Below are positions 40,531 to 50,954 of a stretch of DNA of 64,000 nt, piece after piece. Every line of letters begins with the position of its first letter. Position 1 is the stretch's first letter. Made by a program: the position numbers and the translations under genes. The notes under the pieces are model-generated. The model did no database searches. It had not been told where the DNA came from and was given only the letters and a program-made list of their open reading frames with translations. Source of the DNA: an uncultured Alphaproteobacteria bacterium (GTDB lineage Bacteria > Pseudomonadota > Alphaproteobacteria > Sphingomonadales > Sphingomonadaceae); contig CAVXBC010000001.1 in assembly GCA_963759895.1 (NCBI GenBank), positions 23,659 to 87,658 of the forward strand. Reading direction: 5' to 3'.

Positions 40531-42690
40531 ATGCGAAAATGGATGATCAGGTCCGTGGGCCTGCTGCTGTTGCTGGCACTGCTGGTCCTGGTCGGCCTGA
40601 TGGTGTGGGAGCCGCTGCTCGCGCATCCAGGCAAGGCGCCCGCGGCGCGCGCTTATCGCGCGGAAATTGTGCGCGACGAGTGGGGCGTCCCGCACATTTA
40701 TGGCAAGACAGATGCCGACGTCGCCTATGGCGTCGCGCTGGCGCATTCCGAGGACGATTTCCGCACACTGCAGGATGTCGTCGCGATGACCCGTGGGCGC
40801 TATGGCGCACTTGCCGGAGAAGACGGCGCGCAGTTCGACTATGTCCTCGCGCTGCTCGATGCGCGCGGCACGGTGAAGCGCCAGTACGCCAAAGTGCCGC
40901 TGCGCACCCGCGCGCTGCTCGAGGCCTATGCCACCGGTCTCAACGACTATGCCGCAGCGCATCCGGGCGAGGTCCGCCTCGGTAACTTGTTCCCGGTCAA
41001 CGGCGAGGATGTCGCGACGGGTTTCGCGCTGCGCCAGCCGTTCTTCTTTGGCCTCAACAATGTCGTCGGGCCGCTGGTCAAGGGCGACAGCCTGCTGCCT
41101 GATCCTGGCCCGCGCCTTCGCGGAACGCCGCTGCCCGATCGCGAGGCCGCAGCGAACCTCGGCTCCAACGCATTCGCAATCGCGCCGGGCCGATCAGATG
41201 ATGGAGTCACCCGGCTCGTCTCGAACAGCCATCAGCCGTGGGAAGGTGGCGTCGCGTGGTACGAACTGGTGGTCGAGAGCGGCCAAGGCTGGCATTTTGC
41301 CGGGGCGACGTTCCCAGGCAGCCCATTCCCCTTCCTGGGTCACAACGAGGATCTGGGGTGGACCAATACGGTCAACGAGCCCGACATGGTCGACGTCTAC
41401 CAACTGGCGCTCGACAAGGCTGGAACGCATTACCGGATGGACGGCAAATGGCTGCCGCTGGAGGAAACCAGCGTGCGGCTACCGGTACGCTTCGGGCCCG
41501 TGGTGCTGCCGGTCAGCCGCAAGGTCTATCGCAGCGTCCACGGTCCGGTGGTGATCAACGCCAAGGGTGCGTTCGCCTTCCGCTATGGCGGGATGGATTC
41601 GCTGGCCACGCTCGACGCCTATTACGCGCTCAACAAGGCGAAAACGTATGCCGAGTGGCAAGCGATCCTGGCGCGGCAGGCGATCCCGTCGACCAACTTC
41701 ATCTATGCCGACAAGAGTGGCACGATCGCCTATTGGTACAACGCCGCGATACCCGCGCGGCAGCAGGGGCCCGACTGGCGCAGCGTGCTGCCGGGCGATC
41801 GCAGCGACCTGATCTGGCACTCCCTGGTGCCGTTCGGCAGCTTGCCGCACTACGTGAACCCGGCTTCTGGTTTTGTGTTCAATTCGAATAACACGCCGTT
41901 CGTGGCAGCCGGTAAAGCCAGCGACCTCGATCCAGCAAGTTCGCCCCCGGAAATGGGGGTCGAGCTGCGCATGACGAACCGCGCCTACCGCGCCGAAAAA
42001 CTGCTCGACGCGACCAATCCGATCGGCCGTGCAGAGCTTGAGCGGATCAAGTATGACACCGGCTACGAACGCGCCGGCTACATGAAGAAGGTACTCGACG
42101 GGATCGCCGCGCTCGACGTGCGCGACAACCCCCGGCTGCTCGCGGCGCAGCGCCTGATGGGCCAGTGGGACCTGACCGCCGACGGGGCCGGCCGGGCCGA
42201 TGCGCTGGCCGTGCTGCTCCTGCGCAAGCCGATGGGCGACGATTACAACGGCAAACCGCTGACGCCGCCGCGCGAGCTGCTCGATGCCGCCAGCGCACAC
42301 CTGATGAAATACTTCGGCCGGCTTGATCCGCCTTTGCAGGATATCCTGCGTCTGCGCCACGGACCGGGCCGCTACGCGGTCGACCTGCCGCTCGACGGCG
42401 GAAGCGATACGTTGCGCGCATCGACACTGTGGGATGTCGAACCGGACGGTCGGCTCAAGGTGCGTCACGGCGACAGCTACGTAATGTTCGTCGAGTGGGC
42501 TCCGGGCAAACCGGTGATCAGCCAGTCGATCCAGCCGTTCGGGGCGGCGACCACCCGACCCGACAGCGTGCACTTCACCGACCAGTCCGCGCTGTTCGTC
42601 CAGCACAAGCTCAAGCCGGTGCATTTCACCCGCGCCGATACGATGGCGAATGCCGTTAGTCGAAAGGTAGTGACACACCAGCTGCGCTGA
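40531..42690 (+). CDS. Penicillin acylase family protein (Ntn hydrolase; possible acyl-homoserine-lactone/beta-lactam acylase)
   Basis: ORF 40273..42690(+). Start set to ATG 40531 ([26 protein letters not shown]). [14 protein letters not shown] is the alpha-subunit signature. GSNAFAIAP is the autoproteolytic site with the Ser nucleophile. Substrate not inferable. Confidence 0.8.
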   Translation: MRKWMIRSVGLLLLLALLVLVGLMVWEPLLAHPGKAPAARAYRAEIVRDEWGVPHIYGKTDADVAYGVALAHSEDDFRTLQDVVAMTRGRYGALAGEDGAQFDYVLALLDARGTVKRQYAKVPLRTRALLEAYATGLNDYAAAHPGEVRLGNLFPVNGEDVATGFALRQPFFFGLNNVVGPLVKGDSLLPDPGPRLRGTPLPDREAAANLGSNAFAIAPGRSDDGVTRLVSNSHQPWEGGVAWYELVVESGQGWHFAGATFPGSPFPFLGHNEDLGWTNTVNEPDMVDVYQLALDKAGTHYRMDGKWLPLEETSVRLPVRFGPVVLPVSRKVYRSVHGPVVINAKGAFAFRYGGMDSLATLDAYYALNKAKTYAEWQAILARQAIPSTNFIYADKSGTIAYWYNAAIPARQQGPDWRSVLPGDRSDLIWHSLVPFGSLPHYVNPASGFVFNSNNTPFVAAGKASDLDPASSPPEMGVELRMTNRAYRAEKLLDATNPIGRAELERIKYDTGYERAGYMKKVLDGIAALDVRDNPRLLAAQRLMGQWDLTADGAGRADALAVLLLRKPMGDDYNGKPLTPPRELLDAASAHLMKYFGRLDPPLQDILRLRHGPGRYAVDLPLDGGSDTLRASTLWDVEPDGRLKVRHGDSYVMFVEWAPGKPVISQSIQPFGAATTRPDSVHFTDQSALFVQHKLKPVHFTRADTMANAVSRKVVTHQLR

Positions 42691-42744
42691 CTTTAGGCGA
42701 AGGCGGACTGATCTTTCGCGAATTTTTCAAAACCGGGGACTGCC

Positions 42745-45642
42745 ATGATTGTTCGTTTCGCCTCGACCAGCGCGCTGGCGCTTGCGCTCGCTGCCTGTGC
42801 CACGATGCCCGCATCCGATCTGGCAACGGTGCCAGTGGCACAGTCCGGCGCGCCGCTGCAGAAGCCTTCCCCCGCGCCGCTCGGCCAGTTGGTCGACCAG
42901 GTGTCGATTCCCTATGAAACCTTCACGCTTGCGAACGGGCTGACGACGCTTGTCCACACCGACCGCAAAAGTCCGGTCGTCGGGGTTACCCTGTACTATC
43001 GCGTGGGATCGAAAAACGAACCGCGCGGCCGCACCGGGTTCGCGCACCTGTTCGAGCACCTGATGTTCGGCGGCAGCGAGAACGTCGAAAACTTCGACAT
43101 CCCGCTCGAAGCGGTCGGCTCGACCAGCACCAACGGATCGACCTGGTACGATCGCACAAACTATGTCGAGACGGTGCCGACCGGCGCGCTCGACCGCGCG
43201 CTGATGATGGAGGCGGACCGCATGGGTCACCTGCTCGGCGCGGTAACGCAGGACAAGCTCGATAAGCAGCGCGGCGTGGTCCAGAATGAAAAGCGGCAGG
43301 GCGACAACCAGCCCTATGGCCTCACCGAATACGAGATCGGCGACGGGCTGCTGCCAGTCGGCCACCCCTACCGCCACTCGACCATCGGTTCGATGGCGGA
43401 CCTCGACGCCGCCAGCCTGACCGATGTGCGCGCGTGGTTCCGCGATCATTACGCGCCCAACAACGTGGTCATCGCGCTCGCCGGTGACATCGATGCCGCC
43501 ACCGCGCGCGCCAAGGTCGAAAAATGGTTCGGCGCGATCCCGCGCGGGCCCGAAATCGCGCCCGTCGCAGCCCCGGTGGTCGGACTGACCGCGCCGGTGA
43601 CGATCGAGATGGCCGACCAGGTGCCGGTGACCCGCGTTACCCGGGCGTGGGCCGGACCCGGCATCAACGACGCCGACGCGCCCGCGCTGGCGGTCGGCCT
43701 GTATATCCTGGGCGGCCTGGCCAGCTCGCGGCTCGACAACGCGCTGGTGCGCGGCGACGAGTTGGCGGTGCGCGTATCGGCGGGCGACCAGCAGCATGAG
43801 CTGCTCAGCTTCCTTCAGGCGGAAATGGACATCAAGCCGGGCACTGACCGCGTCGCGGCCGAGGCCGCGTTCGACAAGGTGATCTCCGACTTCCTCGCCA
43901 GCGGTCCGAGCGCGGACGAAGTATCCCGCGCCGCGACCAAGATCGTTTCCGGCCAGATCGGCGCGCTCGAGGAAGTCGGCGGGTTCGGCGGCAAGGGTGC
44001 GACGCTGGCCGAGGGGCTGATTTATTCGAACGACCCGTCCGCATACAAGAAGCAGCTGGAGGCGATCGCTGCGCTCACGCCCGATCAGGTCCGCGATGCC
44101 ATGCAGCGCTGGCTGTCCCGGCCCGCGCTCAGACTGGCAGTCGTGCCCGGTGAGCGGACCGCGGACGGTGCGATGCTGGGTGGCTGGGGCGACGAAGGGA
44201 GCGTGCCCGCTCCCAAGCCCGACGCGAAGAAGCCGGTCGCTCCGATCGCCAAGGCCGCCCCGATTGCGATTCCCCCGGTCGCCGACGTCGGCGCGCTGAC
44301 CTTTCCGGCGATCGAGCGGGCGACGCTGGCGAACGGCATCCCGGTCGAACTCGCCCGCCGTACCGCGGTGCCCAAGGTGATCGTCGACTTGCGGTTCGAC
44401 GCCGGATACGCCGCCGACGGTTCGGCCCGCGCAGGCGTCCATTCGCTGATGGTCGATGCGCTCGAGGAGGGTACCACCACCCGCGACGCCACCCGCATCG
44501 CCGAGGATCAGGAACGGCTTGGCGCCGACATCTCGACCGGCACCTCGATCGATTATGACGACGTGTTCCTGTCGGCGTTGTCGACCAACCTCGCCCCGTC
44601 GCTCGACCTGATGGCCGACATCGTGCTCAACCCTGCCTTCCGCGCCGACGACGTGGCCCGGCTCAAGAGCCAGCGGCAGGCCGATATCTCGCAGCAGCTT
44701 GCATCGCCGCAAGGGCTCGCCGCGCGGGCGCTGGCCCCACTGGTCTACGGCGAGGGGCACCCTTATGGCACGGTCGGCTCGCTCGGCAGCGGGGCGGTCA
44801 TCGCCAAGGTGACTCCGCAAGATTTGCAGGCTGAAGCGCAGCGCTGGCTGCGGCCCGATACCGCGCGCATCACGGTGGTTGGCGACGTTACCATGGCGCA
44901 ATTGCTGCCCCAGCTCGAGCGCGCGTTCGGCAGCTGGAAGTCCAATCGCATGGCCCGGCCCGAAAAGGACCTGTCGGCTGCCACCCCGCCGGCGCAAACC
45001 CGGCTGGTGGTGATCGATCGGCCCAATTCTCCGCAGTCGGTGATCTACGCCGGACGGCTGCTGCCGGTGACCGGCGCGACCCCAGACCTCGAATCGCTGG
45101 ACCTGGCGAACGAGGTACTGGGCAGCGGTTTCCTGTCGCGGCTGAACCTGCTGATCCGCGAGGAAAAGGGCTGGAGCTACGGCGTGCGCACCGGGGTTTC
45201 CGCACCCGAAGGGCAGCGCCTGTTCACCTTCAGCGCGCCGGTCCAGTCAGACCGCACGGGCGATTCGATCGCATTGGCGCTGGAGGCCATGAACCAGTTC
45301 GCCGGTGGCAAGAAAGGCGTCGATGCGACCGAGTTCAACCGGGTGACCGACGGCAACATCCGCGGCCTGCCCAACCGGTTCCAGACCAACGCGCAAGTGC
45401 TGCGCGCTCTGCTGGACCTTCAGGCCCGCGGCCGGCCGGACGATTACTACACCAAGCTGCCCGAGACGTACCGCGCGATCCAGACCGGTGCGATCGACAG
45501 CGCGGCCAAGACCTATCTCGGCGGCAACGACCTGACGATCGTGGTGGTCGGCGATCGGAAGGTGATCGACCCGCAACTCGCCAAGCTCGGCCTGCCGATC
45601 ACTTACCTGCCCGTTGACACTGCTGTCAGCAGCGGAGAATAA
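42745..45642 (+). CDS. M16 family (pitrilysin/insulinase-like) zinc peptidase, lipoprotein
   Basis: ORF 42745..45642(+). Lipobox LALALAAC. Inverted zinc motif HLFEHLMFGGSEN (HxxEH). About 960 aa, consistent with a duplicated M16 active/inactive module pair. Confidence 0.85.
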   Translation: MIVRFASTSALALALAACATMPASDLATVPVAQSGAPLQKPSPAPLGQLVDQVSIPYETFTLANGLTTLVHTDRKSPVVGVTLYYRVGSKNEPRGRTGFAHLFEHLMFGGSENVENFDIPLEAVGSTSTNGSTWYDRTNYVETVPTGALDRALMMEADRMGHLLGAVTQDKLDKQRGVVQNEKRQGDNQPYGLTEYEIGDGLLPVGHPYRHSTIGSMADLDAASLTDVRAWFRDHYAPNNVVIALAGDIDAATARAKVEKWFGAIPRGPEIAPVAAPVVGLTAPVTIEMADQVPVTRVTRAWAGPGINDADAPALAVGLYILGGLASSRLDNALVRGDELAVRVSAGDQQHELLSFLQAEMDIKPGTDRVAAEAAFDKVISDFLASGPSADEVSRAATKIVSGQIGALEEVGGFGGKGATLAEGLIYSNDPSAYKKQLEAIAALTPDQVRDAMQRWLSRPALRLAVVPGERTADGAMLGGWGDEGSVPAPKPDAKKPVAPIAKAAPIAIPPVADVGALTFPAIERATLANGIPVELARRTAVPKVIVDLRFDAGYAADGSARAGVHSLMVDALEEGTTTRDATRIAEDQERLGADISTGTSIDYDDVFLSALSTNLAPSLDLMADIVLNPAFRADDVARLKSQRQADISQQLASPQGLAARALAPLVYGEGHPYGTVGSLGSGAVIAKVTPQDLQAEAQRWLRPDTARITVVGDVTMAQLLPQLERAFGSWKSNRMARPEKDLSAATPPAQTRLVVIDRPNSPQSVIYAGRLLPVTGATPDLESLDLANEVLGSGFLSRLNLLIREEKGWSYGVRTGVSAPEGQRLFTFSAPVQSDRTGDSIALALEAMNQFAGGKKGVDATEFNRVTDGNIRGLPNRFQTNAQVLRALLDLQARGRPDDYYTKLPETYRAIQTGAIDSAAKTYLGGNDLTIVVVGDRKVIDPQLAKLGLPITYLPVDTAVSSGE

Positions 45643-45684
45643 CCGGCCCGAACGTTCCAAGTTCGAAACAGAGAGGATTTGCCC

Positions 45685-45987
45685 ATGTCCGTTGCCGGCA
45701 GCTACGATTGCATCACCAAGACTCCGATGGGCGACCAGAAGAGCGTGTTCACCGTCACCGACAACGGCGATGGGACCTTCACCGGCCAGAACGCCGGAGC
45801 GATGGGGTCGATGGAGGTCGAAAATGGCAAGATCGACGGCAACAGCCTGACGTGGACGATGAACATGACCGTGCCGATGCCGATGAAGCTCGAAGGCAGC
45901 GCAACCGTCGATGGCGACACCCTGACCGGCACGATCAACGCCGGAGCGTTCGGCAACATGGCGATGAACGGCACCCGCCAGGGCTGA
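45685..45987 (+). CDS. Hypothetical small protein (100 aa, beta-rich, Gly/Thr/Met-rich)
   Basis: ORF 45679..45987(+). ATG at 45685 is preceded by GAGAGGA at 7-nt spacing and the gene is followed by a terminator. No signal peptide and no recognisable family. Confidence 0.55.
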   Translation: MSVAGSYDCITKTPMGDQKSVFTVTDNGDGTFTGQNAGAMGSMEVENGKIDGNSLTWTMNMTVPMPMKLEGSATVDGDTLTGTINAGAFGNMAMNGTRQG

Positions 45988-46028
45988 TTTTCCAGCCGCC
46001 ACTCTTCGCGAAGTGAGGGATTGGAAAA

Positions 46029-46055
46029 GGCGCCGGAGCGATCCGGCGCCTTTTT
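46029..46055 (+). terminator. Rho-independent terminator
   Basis: GGCGCCGG-AGCGAT-CCGGCGCC hairpin followed by TTTTT. Confidence 0.7.
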
Positions 46056-46298
46056 CGCAACGGCGCGCTGACCGATGAGGCACGAGCGGTCAATCGGTGG
46101 TGTGAGAGCATCTACCGTCCTGGCGAACGGAGCCGATGCGGGGCTAGCGAAGGCTGAGGGCGCAGGAAGATCATTCGCTTGGCAGCCGGTATCGTCGCGC
46201 TAGAACGAGCGACGGGGATGGCCGCGGCAATCGTGACCCATCTCTGCCGGTCAGCGGAAATCCGGCGGCTGGCGGGACGCATTGGGGGACATCGACGC

Positions 46299-48917
46299 AT
46301 GATACGGAAAGCCTTGGCTCTGGCCATCGTCATCGCTTGGACGATTGTCGCCCCAGCCGCGGCCCAATCGGTGCTCGAAGGGCGCTTCGATCCCGCCGTT
46401 CCAACCCTCGAACAGGTGGTCGGCCATCGCACCGGGGCGCAGGTAACGGCGCCCGACGAGATCGTCCGTTACCTCGATGCACTCCACCGCGCTGCGCCCG
46501 ACCGCACGCGATTGGTCGAATATGCGCGCAGCTGGGAAGGACGCCCGCTCTACTATCTCGTGATCAGCAGCGCCGCCAACATGGCGCGGGCCGATGCGAA
46601 TCGCGAGAGCATGGCCCGCTTCGCTGCCGGGGAAGCAGCGCCAACTGCGGGCGTGCTACCGGTGACGTGGCTGTCGTTCGGTGTGCACGGTGACGAGATT
46701 TCTTCATCCGACGCCGCGCTGGCGCTGGCTTACCACTTACTCGCCGCGTCGGGCGATGCCGAGACGGATCGCATCCTCCGCGCCAGCTATGTCGTGATCG
46801 ACCCCAGCCAAAATCCCGACGGCCGCGCGCGCTTCGTGCAAAGTTTCCGCGCGGGCCTGGGGATCGAGCCCAACGGCGACCGCTATTCCGCCGAGCACGA
46901 TCAGCCGTGGCCCGGCGGTCGGGTCAATCACTACCTGTTCGATCTCAATCGCGACTGGTTCGCGCAGACCCAGCCCGAAACCCGCGGCAAGGTCGCCGCG
47001 GTGAACGACTGGCATCCGGTGGTCTATGTCGACGCGCACGAGATGGGCGGCGACGACAGCTATTTCTTCCCGCCCAGCGCGGACCCGTTCAATCCCAACA
47101 TCACCGCCGGCCAGCGCGCCAAGCAGGTGCTGCTCGGCCGCGCCATCGCGCAGCGGTTCGACGAGCGTGGCATCCCCTATTTCACCCGCGAGGTCTACGA
47201 CGCGTTCTATCCCGGCTACGGCGACACCTGGCCGACGCTCACCGGCGCGATCGGGGTGACGTTCGAGCAGGCTTCGGCGCGCGGGCTGGTCTGGGACCGC
47301 AGTGACAAGCAGACCCTCACGTATGCCGATGGGGTGCGCAACCACTTCCTCGCCACGCTCGCCTATGCCGACACGGTCGCGCAGAACGCGGCCAGTTTCG
47401 TGGCCGACTACGCCGCGTTCCGGCGCGCCGCCGCCGCAGAAAAACCGGGTGGCAGTTACCTGATCGACCTTTCGCAGCACCGCTACAACGCCGAGGCGCT
47501 CGGGCGCCGGCTGGCAGGCCAGGGAATTGCCGTCGAACGACTGGACGGTGCGTTCTCGGCCTGTGGCCGAACTTATCCGGCGGGTGCGCTGGCAGTGCCG
47601 CGCGGGCAACCTGCCGGCAAGCTGGTGCGCAGCCTGCTCGACCGCGATACCGCGCTCGACCCCGCGTTCGTCAAACGGCAGGAGGACCGCCGCAGCCGGA
47701 CCCTTCCGCACGAAATCTACGACACCACTGGATGGTCGGTCGGATTGATGAGCGGCGTGGAGGTGGCGTTATGCGGTTCGCCCGGGCGTTCGGGCCCCGC
47801 GCTAGCTGCCGACGCACCGATTGACTCACGCGCCGATGCGCCCGGTAACTATGGCCTGGCGGTGCCGTGGACCGATGGCGGTCAGGCTCGCCTGGTGCTC
47901 GCAGCGTCGCGCGCGGGAGTGACCGGCCGCGCAAGCGACCAGCCGTTCGTGATGGCGGGACGGACCTTTCCGCGCGGATCGGTAATCTTCGCGCGGGGAG
48001 ACAATCCCCCCGAAGCGATCGACAAGCTGGGCCAACTGGCGCGCGAGATCGGGGCCGAAACGGTCGCGCTGGATGAAAGCTGGGTGGAATCCGGGCCTAA
48101 CGTCGGCAGCACCAGCTTTGTCCGTCTCGCCGCGCCGAAGGTCGCGCTTGCCTGGGGCGATGGCGTCTCGCCAACCGATGCGGGCGCGCTGCGCTATGTG
48201 ATCGAGCGTCGGCTGGCGACTCCGGTAGTTCCCATCCGGACACGGACGCTACCTTCGGCGCGCCTGACCGACTACGACGTGCTGATCGTTCCCGATGCCC
48301 GGCTCGACGATTCCACCCGAAAGGCGGTCAAGGCGTTTGCCCAGGGTGGCGGTACCGTGCTTGTCATCGGCTCCTCGATCCCCGGCTTCGCCAAAGGCGA
48401 TAGCGCTCTGTTCGCGACCAAGGTCGAGGCGGCACTTGGCGCCAAGCCCGAGGAGGCGTCCGACGACAAAAAGGACGACGACGGCAACGCGGTGGCGGGC
48501 ACCGAAATCGCCTCGCTGTCCGATTACCGCACCACGATCGGCGACCCCGCGCGGCTGCCCGACGCCCTTCCCGGGGCCCTGCTCAACACGGTGGCGGACA
48601 CCGACAGTTTCCTGTCTTCCGGGTACGATGGCGGTGCAGTGGTCAACGCCGACGGCGATCTCGTGCTGCGCCCGCTGAACGCGGCAGACGGCACCAATGT
48701 GCTGCGCTTCGCCGGCGCCGACGCGCTGGTCGCAAGCGGCTATGTGTGGGACGAGAACAGGCGGCAGATGGCTTTCAAACCGTACATGATGGCGCAGCGG
48801 GTGGGTGACGGGATGGCGATCGGCTTTGCCAGCAATCCCGCTCAGCGGGGTTACCTCGACGGGCTCGACCTGCTGATCGCCAACGCGATCCTGTTCACGC
48901 CGGCACGATTGCGCTGA
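46299..48917 (+). CDS. M14 family zinc carboxypeptidase domain protein, secreted
   Basis: ORF 46179..48917(+). Start set to ATG 46299 (MIRKALALAIVIAWTIVAPAAAQS signal peptide). FGVHGDEISSSDAALALAYHL carries the M14 H-x-x-E zinc motif. Long C-terminal extension of unknown function. Confidence 0.75.
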   Translation: MIRKALALAIVIAWTIVAPAAAQSVLEGRFDPAVPTLEQVVGHRTGAQVTAPDEIVRYLDALHRAAPDRTRLVEYARSWEGRPLYYLVISSAANMARADANRESMARFAAGEAAPTAGVLPVTWLSFGVHGDEISSSDAALALAYHLLAASGDAETDRILRASYVVIDPSQNPDGRARFVQSFRAGLGIEPNGDRYSAEHDQPWPGGRVNHYLFDLNRDWFAQTQPETRGKVAAVNDWHPVVYVDAHEMGGDDSYFFPPSADPFNPNITAGQRAKQVLLGRAIAQRFDERGIPYFTREVYDAFYPGYGDTWPTLTGAIGVTFEQASARGLVWDRSDKQTLTYADGVRNHFLATLAYADTVAQNAASFVADYAAFRRAAAAEKPGGSYLIDLSQHRYNAEALGRRLAGQGIAVERLDGAFSACGRTYPAGALAVPRGQPAGKLVRSLLDRDTALDPAFVKRQEDRRSRTLPHEIYDTTGWSVGLMSGVEVALCGSPGRSGPALAADAPIDSRADAPGNYGLAVPWTDGGQARLVLAASRAGVTGRASDQPFVMAGRTFPRGSVIFARGDNPPEAIDKLGQLAREIGAETVALDESWVESGPNVGSTSFVRLAAPKVALAWGDGVSPTDAGALRYVIERRLATPVVPIRTRTLPSARLTDYDVLIVPDARLDDSTRKAVKAFAQGGGTVLVIGSSIPGFAKGDSALFATKVEAALGAKPEEASDDKKDDDGNAVAGTEIASLSDYRTTIGDPARLPDALPGALLNTVADTDSFLSSGYDGGAVVNADGDLVLRPLNAADGTNVLRFAGADALVASGYVWDENRRQMAFKPYMMAQRVGDGMAIGFASNPAQRGYLDGLDLLIANAILFTPARLR

Positions 48918-48921
48918 ATTC

Positions 48922-50868
48922 TCACCCTGCCGGGTGGTAGAAATCCCAGATCTTCTGCGCCACGCCCTCGCTGATACCGGGCGTGCGCTTGAGATCTTCC
49001 AGCGCGGCCGCCCTCACCTTGCCCGCCGTGCCGAACGCCAGCAACAGCGCCCGTTTGCGGCCAGGGCCGATGCCCGGGATCTCGTCCAGCGGGCTCGCGC
49101 TGATCGCGCGGCTGCGTTTGGCGCGGTGAGCGCCGATGGCGAAGCGGTGGACTTCGTCGCGCAGGGTCTGGAGATAAAACAGCAACGGCGAGTTGGTCGG
49201 CAGGGTTTTCTCGCGTCCGTCGGGGAAGTGGAACACCTCGCGCCCCTCTCGGCCGTGGTGCGGGCCCTTGGCGATCGCGATCAGGTGCACGTCCTCGATC
49301 CCCAGTTCCTCGAGCGCGTCGCGGACGCTCGACATCTGGCCTTTGCCGCCATCGATCAGCACCAGATCGGGCCACATGCCGCCATCGCGATCGGGATCTT
49401 CCTCCAAGGCGCGGGCGAACCGGCGGGTCATCACTTCGCGCATCATCGCAAAATCGTCGTTGGTCTGCGCGGTGCGGATGTTGAACTTGCGATACTGGCC
49501 CTTGCGGTAGCCTTCAGGCCCGGCCACGACCATCGCGCCGACTGCCTTGTCGCCCTGGATGTGGCTGTTGTCGTACACCTCGATCCGGTCGGGCGGCTCG
49601 GGCAGCTCGAGGAATTCGGCCAGCTCGCGCATGATCCTGGCCTTGGTGCCGCTCTCCGCCAGCCGCCGTTCGAGCGATTCGGTGGCGTTGCGCTGTGCCT
49701 GCGCCATCAGCCGGCGGCGGTCTCCGCGCTGGGGCACGCTGATGTCGACCCGGTGCCCGGTCGCCTCGCACAGCGCCTCGGCCAGCAGGTCCTGTTCGGG
49801 TAGGGTGCGGTCGAGCAGGATGGTACGCGGGGGTGGCACTTCCTCGTAGAACTGTGCGAGCACGTCGGCCAGCACGTCGGCCTCGGTTTCACCCTCGGTA
49901 TGACTGGGGAAGAATGCGCGGTGGCCCCAGTTCTGCCCGCCGCGCACGAAGAACGCCTGGATGCCCATTTGCCCGCCCTTGGCGGCAAGCGCGAACACAT
50001 CCGCATCGCCCACCCCTGCGGCGTTGATCGCCTGGCTTCCTTGAATGGCGGTCGCCGCGCGCAAGCGGTCGCGCAGCATCGCCGCGCTTTCGAAATCGAG
50101 GCTGGCCGCCGCTTGCGCCATCTGGGTCTCGATCTTCTTCTGCACCGCAGCCGACTTGCCCGAGAGGAATTCCTTCGCCTCGTGCACCAGCTCGGCGTAG
50201 CCTGTTTCGTCGATCCGGTTAACGCACGGGGCGCTGCAGCGCTTGATCTGGTATAGCAGGCACGGACGGTCGCGGCGTGCGAAGAAGCTATCGGTACAGC
50301 TCCGCAGCAGGAACAGCTTCTGCAGGGCGTTGATGGTGGTGTTGACGCTGCCGGCGCTGGCGAACGGGCCGTAGTAATTGCCCTTGGCGCGCCGCGCGCC
50401 GCGATGCTTCTGGATCCGCGGGAACGCGTGGTCGGCGCGCAGCAGGATGAAAGGGAAGCTTTTGTCGTCGCGCAGCAGCACGTTGTAAGGCGGGCGGAAG
50501 CGCTTGATAAGCTGCGCTTCCAGCAGCAGCGCCTCGGCCTCCGAATTGGTCGTCACGATTTCCATCGTGCGGGTCTGGCTGACCATCCGCTTGAGCCGGG
50601 TCGAGAGCGCCTTGATCTGGGTGTAGTTGGCCACCCGCGCCTTCAGGCTGCGCGCCTTGCCGACGTAGAGCACGTCGCCGCGCGCATCGAGCATGCGATA
50701 GACCCCGGGCCGGGGCCTCAGCGTGCGAACCGTATCGCGGATCGCGGCGACTCCGGCCTCGAGATCGGGCTGCGCGCCAGTTCCCTTGACCGTATACGTC
50801 GCGCGCTCCTCATTGAAGCGTTCGGCGCCTTTGGGGTTGGGCGGGGTTCCGGCTTCGGTACGCGACAT
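48922..50868 (-). CDS. uvrC: Excinuclease ABC subunit C
   Basis: ORF 48922..50868(-). GIY-YIG N-terminus (PGVYRMLDARGDVLYVGKA...), UVR domain, Endo V-like domain and C-terminal (HhH)2 (IPGIGPGRKRALL). Confidence 0.93.
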   Translation of the reverse strand: MSRTEAGTPPNPKGAERFNEERATYTVKGTGAQPDLEAGVAAIRDTVRTLRPRPGVYRMLDARGDVLYVGKARSLKARVANYTQIKALSTRLKRMVSQTRTMEIVTTNSEAEALLLEAQLIKRFRPPYNVLLRDDKSFPFILLRADHAFPRIQKHRGARRAKGNYYGPFASAGSVNTTINALQKLFLLRSCTDSFFARRDRPCLLYQIKRCSAPCVNRIDETGYAELVHEAKEFLSGKSAAVQKKIETQMAQAAASLDFESAAMLRDRLRAATAIQGSQAINAAGVGDADVFALAAKGGQMGIQAFFVRGGQNWGHRAFFPSHTEGETEADVLADVLAQFYEEVPPPRTILLDRTLPEQDLLAEALCEATGHRVDISVPQRGDRRRLMAQAQRNATESLERRLAESGTKARIMRELAEFLELPEPPDRIEVYDNSHIQGDKAVGAMVVAGPEGYRKGQYRKFNIRTAQTNDDFAMMREVMTRRFARALEEDPDRDGGMWPDLVLIDGGKGQMSSVRDALEELGIEDVHLIAIAKGPHHGREGREVFHFPDGREKTLPTNSPLLFYLQTLRDEVHRFAIGAHRAKRSRAISASPLDEIPGIGPGRKRALLLAFGTAGKVRAAALEDLKRTPGISEGVAQKIWDFYHPAG

Positions 50869-50895
50869 GGCAATGCAGCTAGGAGTTGCCAGGGC

Positions 50896-50934
50896 GAAAG
50901 GAAAGGGCCGGCCTCCGCTGTCGGAGACCGGCCC
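50896..50934 (-). terminator. Rho-independent terminator downstream of the glycine-zipper lipoprotein gene
   Basis: Minus strand: GGGCCGGTCTCCG-ACAG-CGGAGGCCGGCCC (13-bp stem with one G-T pair) followed by TTTCCTTTC. Confidence 0.7.
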
Positions 50935-50954
50935 TGATCACCTTGGGTGAATAA

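Noticed and set aside
40372-40962. 197-codon N-terminal extension of the ClpB ORF given in the ORF track
   Set aside because: The canonical ClpB N-terminus ([13 protein letters not shown]) begins at 40371. The extension has no homology-like features and runs across the divergent acylase gene start.
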